DNA of 64,000 nt from a virus. The DNA lies in the IMG/VR virus record IMGVR_UViG_3300046477_000387, positions 4,358 through 68,357 of that record; one strand, given 5' to 3'. A program made the position numbers and the translations under genes. Every line of letters starts with the position of its first letter. Positions within the stretch are counted from its first letter, which is position 1. Below the pieces are notes generated by a model that was not told the DNA's origin, made no database searches, and was given only the letters and a program-made list of their open reading frames with translations. This document shows, in pieces, positions 48,608 through 57,025 of this stretch.

Positions 48608-49143
48608 GCCGCAGCCTGCCGGTTGATCGACATCCACCAGGCCATCGCCTTCGGGTTGTCCTGCCACAGCAAACAGAGCCCGCGGGCGCCGAACAGCGTG
48701 AAGTCCTCTTCGCCGTTCTCGTCGCCAAGATCGAAGTAGTAGTGGATCGCGTGGATGGCCTCGTGCAGAAACGTGTCCGCGAGGTTCTGTGCGGTCTGGT
48801 CAGGCGCCACACGGATCTTGTGATTCATCGGGTTCATGTGCCCGAACGAGCGGGAGGCGCTCGAGTCGCCGGCGTCCTCGACCTCCACCGCAAAGCGGAA
48901 GTGGCCGATCTTTAGCGATTTGGGGATGCCCCGGTAGGGGTCGCCCGCGCGGCTCAGTCGTCGCTCGTGATTTGCAGGACGAGCAGCAGCGCCAGCAGTT
49001 CGTCGGGCGACAGGGACACTGGCTCGCGACGCAGCGCCCACACCGCGCCCAGCGCCACGAGAACCAGCAGGAAGATCAGCAGTATCGGAAGCAGCATCGA
49101 GTGCATGGTCATCCTCGCGTTTCGTTTGGGTGAAGGTTTTCAT
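48604..49143 (-). CDS. HEXXH metallopeptidase-like protein (start uncertain, probably near 48957)
   Basis: TFLHEAIHAI...EE. Confidence 0.7.
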   Translation of the reverse strand: MKTFTQTKREDDHALDAASDTADLPAGSRGAGRGVGAASRASVPVARRTAGAAARPANHERRLSRAGDPYRGIPKSLKIGHFRFAVEVEDAGDSSASRSFGHMNPMNHKIRVAPDQTAQNLADTFLHEAIHAIHYYFDLGDENGEEDFTLFGARGLCLLWQDNPKAMAWWMSINRQAAA

Positions 49144-49787
49144 GCGTTTGCGACCTCTTTTGCGTGGGCGACAAGCGCGTCGGCGCCCGTCAGTCCGGTT
49201 TGTGCTTCGATCGTTGCCATGAAGCGGGCGAGATGACGCTCGTCTCGGCCGGCGATGCTCTTGAAGCCCAGCACCTTGTCCAGGCGCACTTCGCGAGAGT
49301 CGGTTTCGTCGACTGCCTTGGTCGCCGAGAGCGCCTGTTCGCGCACCACCTCGTCCAGATCCTCGACGAAGGGCGCGTCGTTGATCTCGCCCAGGTCCGC
49401 GGTCATGAACTCGAGCTCCTTGGCGTCGAAGATGCCCTCGAGGCTCACTTCGAGCGAGGCGAGTTCTTCCTGCAGCAGGCGCGCGTCAATCTCGGAAATC
49501 GCAACCCGGTTATCCGCAAGGCGCAGCGCCTTCGCTTCGTCCTTCGTCAGGTCACCACGGATCACGACCGGAACGTGCGTTTCGCCGCGCTTGATCGCTG
49601 CCAGGCGCCGGCCGTGACCCGCGATGATCGTGCCGTCCGCTTCGGTGACGATCGCCGTTGTCCAGCCGAATTTCTGGATCGAGGCGGCGATCTTGTCGAT
49701 CTGCGCCGCGTCGTGGATCTTCGCGTTCGTCTCGTAGGGCTTCAGGAAGTCAATCGGCTTCAGTTGGGGTTTGAATTCGCGGCTCAT
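49140..49787 (-). CDS. ParB/Srx N-terminal domain protein
   Basis: LKPY..NAK.H...QI..IA.SI..FGW...IIAGHGRRLAA...LADNR. Confidence 0.88.
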   Translation of the reverse strand: MSREFKPQLKPIDFLKPYETNAKIHDAAQIDKIAASIQKFGWTTAIVTEADGTIIAGHGRRLAAIKRGETHVPVVIRGDLTKDEAKALRLADNRVAISEIDARLLQEELASLEVSLEGIFDAKELEFMTADLGEINDAPFVEDLDEVVREQALSATKAVDETDSREVRLDKVLGFKSIAGRDERHLARFMATIEAQTGLTGADALVAHAKEVANA

Positions 49788-49975
49788 GCGGCGATGGGCT
49801 CCAGCCAGATGGTCTGTTCTTCGTCAGGCTTGTCGAGCGCCTGCAGCTTGCGCAGGTCTTCGTCGAAGCCGTCGTCCTCGCCGTTGTGCTCGTAGTTCGA
49901 GCCCTCGTCGCAGGTTCGGCACTGGAACGGGTCGTATTCCAGATTCAGGCAGGTGCGGCAGAAAGCGAACTTCAT
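49784..49975 (-). CDS. Small Cys-rich (Zn-binding) protein
   Basis: CRTC...CRTC, acidic tail. Confidence 0.6.
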   Translation of the reverse strand: MKFAFCRTCLNLEYDPFQCRTCDEGSNYEHNGEDDGFDEDLRKLQALDKPDEEQTIWLEPIAA

Positions 49976-49976
49976 G

Positions 49977-50444
49977 TCAGAGCGTGACCCAGTCGTTGGT
50001 GAGCATGTCGGCTTGCGAAGGCGCCCACGGCATGAAGGTGTTCTCGGACGTCTTGATGGCGATCCATGCGCTCTCGGGCAGGTTGCAGTCGCCGTAGTCG
50101 CTCTCGATGGTGCCGCCGGCCGGATGGAACATTTCGAGGAACCAGTCGTTGCTGCCCCAACCCACGCGCGCGACGCGCATGCGAGCCTTCAGGGCTTCGA
50201 GCGCTGTGCCGAACGTCTGACCGACAGCGGGCTTGTAGGCGTTCTCGAAGACGTCCGTGGGCGACCAGCTCACATAGCCAGCGTGGCCCGCGACGTTCGC
50301 CTTGCCGCCGTCCAGATACTCGACGAGGAAGCCCTCGTCGGCGCCGTTCTCATCAGCCGGCAGAGTCCAGCCGCGGTAAGTGTTGTAGTCGGCGCGCGTC
50401 ATCGGTTTCGCGAGGACGGCTTTAGTGCCAATGTATCGATCCAT
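49977..50444 (-). CDS. tad2: Tad2/DUF2829-domain anti-defence sponge fused to an N-terminal domain
   Basis: C-terminal TFG.ALEALK....VAR.GW...W.PSQ.DML..DW; N-terminal YIGTK.V.A.PM...GY.SWSP..VFE.AY. Confidence 0.75.
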   Translation of the reverse strand: MDRYIGTKAVLAKPMTRADYNTYRGWTLPADENGADEGFLVEYLDGGKANVAGHAGYVSWSPTDVFENAYKPAVGQTFGTALEALKARMRVARVGWGSNDWFLEMFHPAGGTIESDYGDCNLPESAWIAIKTSENTFMPWAPSQADMLTNDWVTL

Positions 50445-50473
50445 GTTCGTTTGCACAGTCAGTTTTGACTGGT

Positions 50474-51118
50474 TCAGTGGGTAAGCAGGTGAACCAGCGC
50501 GTTGCCGGCGTTGGTCAGGGAATCGTCTTCGGTGAAGCGCTGGGTCTTCATGGTGGACTCGATCAGGTCCGTGATGGTCGCAACGTCCTCGACCGGCACC
50601 TTGAAGCGCATGACCTGATGGGTCTGAACCGGCTTTTCCTTGGGCAGCACACTCGGGCTCCCGTCATCGTCCGGTATGTCTAAATCATCCAGCGCTATAT
50701 TTACTGACGAGAAGATCGAAGCGAAATCTGCGTCCGTGTAGGGCATGAAGGTCGCGAGGTCATCGGGCGAGCCCAGACCGTCCAGAAGCTCCGCCAGACG
50801 TAGTGTGTCGTCGTTGCCGTAGCGGCCGTTGTCGACCAGGCTGATCTCCTTCGCGCGCTTGTCGTCCACCTTGCCTAAATTGATGACAGGAACGGTCTTG
50901 TGACCCAAACGCTTCGCGCTTCTCCACCGATGCTCACCGCCAAGAATCTCAAGGGCGCCGTCGGCCAGTTCGCGAGCCAGCACCGGCTTGAAGAACCCGA
51001 AGCGCTTCAGGCTTTCGTCGATCTTCGCCTCATTTTCCGGAGACACGACGTTGGTGTTGAAGCTGTTCGCTCGCAGAGCATCGGGCGACAGTTCGGTGAT
51101 TTGGAGTTTTCCAGGCAT
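50474..51118 (-). CDS. ParB/Srx N-terminal domain protein
   Basis: N.FN.N...KI..SL..FGF..P...ILGGEHRW. Confidence 0.85.
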   Translation of the reverse strand: MPGKLQITELSPDALRANSFNTNVVSPENEAKIDESLKRFGFFKPVLARELADGALEILGGEHRWRSAKRLGHKTVPVINLGKVDDKRAKEISLVDNGRYGNDDTLRLAELLDGLGSPDDLATFMPYTDADFASIFSSVNIALDDLDIPDDDGSPSVLPKEKPVQTHQVMRFKVPVEDVATITDLIESTMKTQRFTEDDSLTNAGNALVHLLTH

Positions 51119-51170
51119 TGGGATATATTTTGGGTAGTCAGTTTCGACTGTTGACACAAGGGTAAGCCAA

Positions 51171-51824
51171 TTGGATTGCAGCGTCAAGAAAAAGACTGGA
51201 CCCGCGCCCATAGATATGACCGGCCGCGTATTTGGGCGGCTCGTGGCTCTGGAATATGTGGGCTTCGGCAAGTGGCTCTGTGAATGCGAATGCGGAAACG
51301 TTACGTCTCATGACGGGCCGGATCTGCGGCGCGGTCGTGTTCAGTCTTGCGGGTGCCTTCAGCTCGAAGTCGCAAAGACCGGCGACTGTCGTCGCACGCA
51401 TGGGTTCGCCGGCACGCCGGAGTATCGGACCTGGGCGTCTATGATCCGCCGATGCAGTGATCCAAGCGCGGCTGGCTATCATCGCTACGGCGGGCGCGGC
51501 ATCGACGTGTGTGACCGCTGGCGCGGGAGCGTTGAAGACTTCGTAGCGGATATGGGGCCGCGGCCGCCCGGAACCACTCTGGATCGCTTCCCCGACCCTG
51601 ACGGTAACTACGAGCCTGGCAATTGCAGATGGGCGACGCGCACCGAGCAGGCGGCCAACACTTGCACCGCTGTTCTCGTAACCGCAAACGGCAAGACTCA
51701 AACTATGGACGCATGGGCTCGAGAGCTAGGCATCGCGGCAAAGACAATCGCTTACCGCCTCAAGAAGGGCATGAGCCATCACGACGCCATCAATACTCCA
51801 TTCCGCGCACACACCTGCTGGTAA
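51171..51824 (+). CDS. HNH-type homing-endonuclease-like protein
   Basis: FGRL...W.C.C.CG...SCGC, YGGRGI.VC.RW, TLDR....GNYEPGNCRWAT. Confidence 0.85.
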   Translation: MDCSVKKKTGPAPIDMTGRVFGRLVALEYVGFGKWLCECECGNVTSHDGPDLRRGRVQSCGCLQLEVAKTGDCRRTHGFAGTPEYRTWASMIRRCSDPSAAGYHRYGGRGIDVCDRWRGSVEDFVADMGPRPPGTTLDRFPDPDGNYEPGNCRWATRTEQAANTCTAVLVTANGKTQTMDAWARELGIAAKTIAYRLKKGMSHHDAINTPFRAHTCW

Positions 51825-51831
51825 GAAAAAC

Positions 51832-53388
51832 ATGACCAAAGTCACGATCGCATACAACGCCACCACCGCAAAACTGCATGAGCCGGATCGGGCGATCAAG
51901 CTCGAAGTCCAGCGTCTCATCAGCTACAGGGTGGCGGGAGCGGACAACACCGATGCGTTCAAGCGCGGTGGCTGGGACGGCCGCAGCTCCTTCTTCGACT
52001 TCAGGAAGGGCACCTTCCCCGCCGGCTTCGTGCATCTGGTCACGGCTGGGCTCCGGCGCGCGGGGCATGAAGTGGCCCACGTCACCAAGCCGGCACCCGA
52101 GCCGCTCGGCCCGGTCAAGCCGAAGATCGACAGCTTCCCCGACGACCCGCGCTACGACTATCAGATGGAGACTGTGGAGAGATTGGTGAAGCATCGTCAG
52201 ATAGTGGCGCAGCTCGCAACAGGAGCAGGAAAGTCGCGCGTTGCGCGTCTTGCCTTCGCACGCATCCGGCGCCCCACCCTCTTTCTCACGACGCGCTCGA
52301 TTCTCATGTATCAGATGAAGGACGCGTTCGAGGAGATGGGCGTGAAGTGCTCGGTGCTCGGCGACGGTCAGTTCGGATCGGTCACGGTCGGGGCCGACGG
52401 TGTCGAGCGTCACTCGGTGAAGATGATGAGCGTCGGCATGGTTCAGACACTCGTCGCGCGCTTGCAAGAACCGTGTCCAGACGATGACGTCGAGAAACAG
52501 AATGAGCAGACCCGGATCAGGAACAAGACGATCGCGCTGCTGGAGAAATTCGAGTTCGTGATCGGCGAGGAGGCGCACGAGGCGTCGGGCAACAGCTACT
52601 ACGACATTCTGAAGCACTGCCGGAACGCCCACTACCGGCTGGCACTCACCGCGACGCCCTTCATGAAGGACGACGAGGAATCGAACATGCGCCTGATGGC
52701 CGCGTTCGGTCCGATCGGCATCCGAATCAGCGAAAAGATGCTGATCGATCGCGGCATCCTCGCGAAACCCTATTTCAAATACGTCCAGCTCGAGCACAAG
52801 CCGGCGAAGCTGTTTCGCGGCACCACCTGGCAGGCGGCCTACCGGATTGGCATCGTCGATAACGTGGAGCGCAATGCGCACGTGGTCTATGAAGCCCGCC
52901 GAGGCAAGGCGCTGGGGCTGCCGGTGATGATTCTCGTGCAGCAGACGCGTCACGGTGAGCTTTTACGGGAAGCGCTCACCAATAAAGGCGTGCGGGTTGA
53001 GTTTCTGCAGGGCGAGAACAAGCCAAAAGAGCGGAAAGCCGCGCTCGCGAGGCTCCGGGACCGTGAGATCGATGTTCTCATTGGCACCACGATCCTCGAC
53101 GTTGGTGTTGACGTGCCGGCCGTGGGTGTGGTGATCCTCGCTGGCGGTGGAAAAGCGGAAGTTGCACTGCGCCAGCGTGTCGGACGTGGTCTGCGGGCAA
53201 AAAAGAAAGGGCCGAACGTCGCGCTCGTCGTGGACTTCACTGACCCCTGGAATTCCCACACGAAGGAGCACGCCCTTCAGCGCCGGTCGATCATTGATAG
53301 CACGCCAGGCTTCGCCGAGAACGTGCTGCCGGCGGGCGCCGACTTCGATTTCGTCAAACTTGGACTTGCGACTCGCCGCGCCGCGTGA
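51832..53388 (+). CDS. SF2 helicase (UvsW/RadD-like)
   Basis: YDYQ, ATGAGKS, EEAH, LTATP, GVDVP, QRVGRGLR. Confidence 0.9.
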   Translation: MTKVTIAYNATTAKLHEPDRAIKLEVQRLISYRVAGADNTDAFKRGGWDGRSSFFDFRKGTFPAGFVHLVTAGLRRAGHEVAHVTKPAPEPLGPVKPKIDSFPDDPRYDYQMETVERLVKHRQIVAQLATGAGKSRVARLAFARIRRPTLFLTTRSILMYQMKDAFEEMGVKCSVLGDGQFGSVTVGADGVERHSVKMMSVGMVQTLVARLQEPCPDDDVEKQNEQTRIRNKTIALLEKFEFVIGEEAHEASGNSYYDILKHCRNAHYRLALTATPFMKDDEESNMRLMAAFGPIGIRISEKMLIDRGILAKPYFKYVQLEHKPAKLFRGTTWQAAYRIGIVDNVERNAHVVYEARRGKALGLPVMILVQQTRHGELLREALTNKGVRVEFLQGENKPKERKAALARLRDREIDVLIGTTILDVGVDVPAVGVVILAGGGKAEVALRQRVGRGLRAKKKGPNVALVVDFTDPWNSHTKEHALQRRSIIDSTPGFAENVLPAGADFDFVKLGLATRRAA

Positions 53389-53429
53389 ATCGTGCTAATT
53401 TGTCAGTCACAACTGACTATGGAGCCACC

Positions 53430-53615
53430 ATGAAGCACGCCCTGACCCTGAATCTGATGATCGTCGCTGCCGTTCTGCTGGCGATCGTCATTTCCCACAG
53501 TCCGGTGCCGCTTTTCGCACTGTTTATGCTTCGTGAACTCCCATATGGGCTGCTGGTATCGCAAGCAGAGCCGGACGACGGTGAGCCGCGCATCGGATTT
53601 ACCGCAGACGTGTAA
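53430..53615 (+). CDS. Small membrane protein
   Basis: GGAG RBS, hydrophobic N-terminal half; operator immediately upstream. Confidence 0.55.
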   Translation: MKHALTLNLMIVAAVLLAIVISHSPVPLFALFMLRELPYGLLVSQAEPDDGEPRIGFTADV

Positions 53616-53763
53616 GACCTGTAAGAGGCAGCAAGCCCGGCCAGCCGAAATGGCGCTTTCCCGTAAAATGGTGCCCCGTGTGGGCACTTTTTGTTAGAAG
53701 AAAATTCTTCACGTCTAAACTTTACGTGCGAACTTTAATCACACGTGCCGAGGAGCATTACAG

Positions 53764-54033
53764 ATGGAACCGGACAAGCAGACGCGCTACACCGTCGTTG
53801 TTGGCAAGCTCGCCCAGGCGCGGCTCGCTTCGATTGCCAAACAGTTCAAGATCAGTCAGGGCGCCGTGATGGAGGTCATGATCGAGAACGTGGACGTGCA
53901 GGCGCTTGAGGAGCAGTTCAAGGCCCGGCGCGAGCAGAAGGTCCAGAGTCGCGGCAGCAAGACGGAGCTGCTGGAGAAAATCAAGAAGCTCACCCCCGAG
54001 CAGCGCGCGTATCTGGAAAGCCTGGGCACGTAA
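53764..54033 (+). CDS. Ribbon-helix-helix-like DNA-binding protein
   Basis: Beta strand RYTVVV, helix, ISQGAVMEVMI helix; GAGGAG RBS. Confidence 0.6.
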   Translation: MEPDKQTRYTVVVGKLAQARLASIAKQFKISQGAVMEVMIENVDVQALEEQFKARREQKVQSRGSKTELLEKIKKLTPEQRAYLESLGT

Positions 54034-54461
54034 TGAGAGTCCTCGTTTGCGGCGGCCGCGACTTCGAAGACCAGTGCTTCACCGATTGGGCGCTCGATGC
54101 GATTCACGCACGGCGCCCAATTTCATTGGTGATCGAGGGAGGCGCACGCGGTGGCGACCGCTGCGCGCGTAACTGGGCAATCTCGCGCGGCATCCCATAT
54201 CAGACCTACGAAGCAGACTGGAAGCGCTACAGGCACCGCGCCGGCCCGATCCGTAACCAGCAGATGCTCGATGAGGGCAAGCCCGACCTCACCGTCGCGC
54301 TGCCTGGCGGCAAGGGCACGACAGACATGGTGCTCAAGTCACGCGCGGGAGGTGTGCTCGTCAAGACACTGTGGCGCCTCCACGAACTCTACATGCGCTC
54401 CCGCACGAACTTGCGGAACAGGTTCTGCGGCACGCCCACCGCCATCGCACACTGCGAGTAG
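54033..54461 (+). CDS. SLOG family (DUF2493/YspA-like) protein
   Basis: MRVLVCGGRDF, GGA.G.D..A..WA, ADW....AGPIRN..M, PGG.GT..M. Confidence 0.85.
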   Translation: MRVLVCGGRDFEDQCFTDWALDAIHARRPISLVIEGGARGGDRCARNWAISRGIPYQTYEADWKRYRHRAGPIRNQQMLDEGKPDLTVALPGGKGTTDMVLKSRAGGVLVKTLWRLHELYMRSRTNLRNRFCGTPTAIAHCE

Positions 54462-54838
54462 TTCGGGCCCGGCTTGCCGTCCGTCCCATACATACCGCGG
54501 CACTGCCCGAACAGGCGGATCACCATCGTGTCGCCCACGGGCATCTTCACTGCCTGGAAGCTCGCCAGCCCGTAGTCAACGGGTGCGAACGTGTCGATCG
54601 TCGTGTCATCGACCAGCCGCACCTTCATGCTGCTCTGCTGCTCGACATAGACCTTCGTGAGCGCCCACGCGCGGTCACAGACGTCTTTCCCTATGCACTT
54701 GACGGTGGCACGCTCCTGAGCCTGCTGCAGCTTGATCTCGAGGCTTTCATACGCGGCCCGGTCCTCGGCCTGCTGGGCCGCCGTCATGCAGCCGGTGAGT
54801 GCGAGCGCAGCGAGCCCGATGGCGATGGTGGTCTTCAT
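54389..54838 (-). CDS. Lipoprotein (possible superinfection exclusion)
   Basis: MKTTIAIGLAALALTGC lipobox; oriented opposite its neighbours. Confidence 0.75.
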   Translation of the reverse strand: MKTTIAIGLAALALTGCMTAAQQAEDRAAYESLEIKLQQAQERATVKCIGKDVCDRAWALTKVYVEQQSSMKVRLVDDTTIDTFAPVDYGLASFQAVKMPVGDTMVIRLFGQCRGMYGTDGKPGPNYSQCAMAVGVPQNLFRKFVRERM

Positions 54839-54998
54839 GGTGTCTTTCTCCCCGTTTTTTGACGGTCGGATTATAGACAGCCAGCGCGCCGAAATGTGTG
54901 ATCTATAAGGAATGACCCACCAGCGACCCACCTATTGGGCGCGAGCGATTCGGGTGGCTGTCTATATTCAGTCAGTTATGACTGGATATGAGGGCGGC

Positions 54999-55514
54999 AT
55001 GATCGAAGAATGGCGGGATGTAGTGGGTTTTGAGGATCAGTATCAGGTGTCCGACATGGGACGCTTAAAACGGGTGGCTCACGTGCGGGAAGGCAAACCT
55101 CTCACGGAAAAGCTGCTCAAGCTCACCCCTACAGGCGATGGACACCTTCAGGCCACGCTGAACGGGCGCAAGAGAACAGTGCATTCGCTCGTTCTTGAAG
55201 CGTTCGTCGGCCCTCGACCAGACGGCATGCAGGGGCGGCACCTGAACGATGTGCCGGGTGACAATTGGCTCGGTAATCTGGCATGGGGCACGCCGACCCA
55301 GAATGCGGCCGACCGTGATCGGAAGCACGGAGGCGCGAAGCGCGGCGACGTGCGCCGGAGGCTCGCGATAGCGGCAGAGCTCCGGGCTCGTGCAGATTGG
55401 ACATACGCGGAGATGAGCGCGCTCGGTGAGCGGTTTGACGTGTGCGGCAAAACGGTGCGGCGGATTCGGCACGCTCTGCTCGACGGCAGATTGACGATTC
55501 CAGCGGCTGTATAA
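54999..55514 (+). CDS. NUMOD4-HNH homing endonuclease
   Basis: EEW..V.GFE..YQVS..GR, VH.LV..AF.G...HLN....DN...NL.W. Confidence 0.88.
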   Translation: MIEEWRDVVGFEDQYQVSDMGRLKRVAHVREGKPLTEKLLKLTPTGDGHLQATLNGRKRTVHSLVLEAFVGPRPDGMQGRHLNDVPGDNWLGNLAWGTPTQNAADRDRKHGGAKRGDVRRRLAIAAELRARADWTYAEMSALGERFDVCGKTVRRIRHALLDGRLTIPAAV

Positions 55515-55836
55515 GGAGCCATGTCCCTGGCCGGCCTATTTCTATAAGGATAGGTGTTGGCTGGTGGAAGTTAAGGAAGGCAGGGCCATCAGCAACATCG
55601 AAAATCTCTAGGATGTTGCACTCTCTCGTTAAACGAGAATCACCCGCATTCAGTCAGCGGCCAACCGCGCCCACAACCGCATTGCGTGTCGTGCGGTTCG
55701 CAATGCGTTGACAGTCACGCGAGACCGCCTGTAACGCGCTATCGCGTGCGTATGAGTAGAGACACAAGAGACCACATGCAATCAGCAACAGAGACACAAT
55801 CAGCAACAGATGCAGCATACCAACCCCCTCAAAGAG

Positions 55837-55866
55837 AACTGACTGTTTCACGTGAAACAGTCAGTT
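55837..55866. promoter_or_regulatory. parS: parS site within a perfect 30-bp palindrome
   Basis: AACTGAC-TGTTTCACGTGAAACA-GTCAGTT; the 16-bp core is the canonical chromosomal parS consensus. Confidence 0.85.
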
Positions 55867-55880
55867 TTGACTATCGCACG

Positions 55881-56840
55881 TTACACAGTAAAGAGCGCTT
55901 GAACCTTCTTAGCTGCGCTCGAATCAGTCAGCGTGATCGAGTCGTCTTTTCGACCTTTGATGACATTGCAAATATTCATAAAGCGCAACATCTGACGCGT
56001 GCTCGATGCTTGTGTGCTCGCGGTTGACGGTTCGCACATTTTGAAGCTGCGGACCGCTTCAGTTTGCATATCTTCGCTAAATACGACTTTGTTCGAAAGC
56101 GAGATCTGCGAACCGCGATTCGAGAGCGCTTGCAGCTTGACGAGATTACGCAGAATCGCGACCGTGTAACCGTCAAACACTGACGTCATACCGCAAGCGA
56201 GAGCAAAAACCGCTTTGCGGATTTTTTGCGCTGCATAAATCGCAACGTAGTCATGCGCGCGAGAATCGAAAATCGCATACTGTTTAGCGAGCGCTTCGAA
56301 GTCGACTTCGAGTTCAATACAGCGTTCGATAGCAATCAGCGCATTACGACCGCTCAGCGCGCTAAGCTCTGCACTCATGTTCTTTTTGAAGTTTGCAGAC
56401 GGTGCGTTATCAATGCGCGTTTTGATCGATTCGAGAATCAGCGCTTGCATGCGAACCGACTTGTCGCGGTTCGTTTCAGCGCTTTCGATTGTCGGTGCAG
56501 CGCTTTCGTTAGACGGTGCAGCGCTTTCGTTAGACGGTGCAGCGCTTTCGATTGTCGGTGCAGCGCTTTCGTTAGACGGTGCAGCGCTTTCGTTAGACGG
56601 TGCAGCGCTTTCGATTGTCGGTTCGACTGCGCAAAATTCATCATACGCTGCTTTGTCTGCTGCTTCTTTCTCTGCTGCTGCTTTCTCTGCTGCTGCTGCG
56701 CGAACAGCGTCGTTAGCTTTGCGCGACGCTTTGCGCTTTGCTTCTTTCGACGCTGCTTTAGCTGCTGCGTTCAAGTCGTTCGTGAGTGCGTTCGTTTGTG
56801 CGTTCATTTTGTAGACTCGTATGTGTGCGTTGTGTTTCAC
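55881..56840 (-). CDS. Hypothetical Ala-rich protein with atypical codon usage
   Basis: 319 aa; candidate promoter TTGCAC-17-CATACT near 56897-56925; no GCC/GGC in the gene. Confidence 0.75.
   Translation of the reverse strand: MKHNAHIRVYKMNAQTNALTNDLNAAAKAASKEAKRKASRKANDAVRAAAAEKAAAEKEAADKAAYDEFCAVEPTIESAAPSNESAAPSNESAAPTIESAAPSNESAAPSNESAAPTIESAETNRDKSVRMQALILESIKTRIDNAPSANFKKNMSAELSALSGRNALIAIERCIELEVDFEALAKQYAIFDSRAHDYVAIYAAQKIRKAVFALACGMTSVFDGYTVAILRNLVKLQALSNRGSQISLSNKVVFSEDMQTEAVRSFKMCEPSTASTQASSTRQMLRFMNICNVIKGRKDDSITLTDSSAAKKVQALFTV
56477..56623. repeat. 7 x 21-bp coding tandem repeat
   Basis: Units CAGCGCTTTCGATTGTCGGTG (A) and CAGCGCTTTCGTTAGACGGTG (B) in order ABBABBA. Confidence 0.95.
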
Positions 56841-57025
56841 GGTCAGACAGTCAGTTCTTACTGTCTGTCTCGCTACAACGTTGCAGCGAGTAACGACAGT
56901 ATGAACCGGGTCTGCAATGCGTGCAACAAGTTTTTACACGTATTTTAGAATTACACGTTTTGTTGTTTTCATGCAAAACTGCTTGACACGTCTTTATTGA
57001 CGTGATCGACAACGCTCAACGAGGG

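Noticed and set aside
49140-51118. Plasmid ParAB partition operon
   Set aside because: No ParA with a deviant Walker A; the nearby ATPase is ABC-type; the ParB-like proteins lack an obvious central HTH
51171-55514. Introns or inteins associated with the HNH genes
   Set aside because: Both are free-standing; flanking genes, terminase and helicases appear uninterrupted
55837-55866. Protelomerase telomere site
   Set aside because: No protelomerase in the window, and the palindrome is explained by parS plus operator arms; not excluded if a tel gene lies outside
56477-56623. CRISPR-like array
   Set aside because: Contiguous in-frame coding repeat without unique spacers
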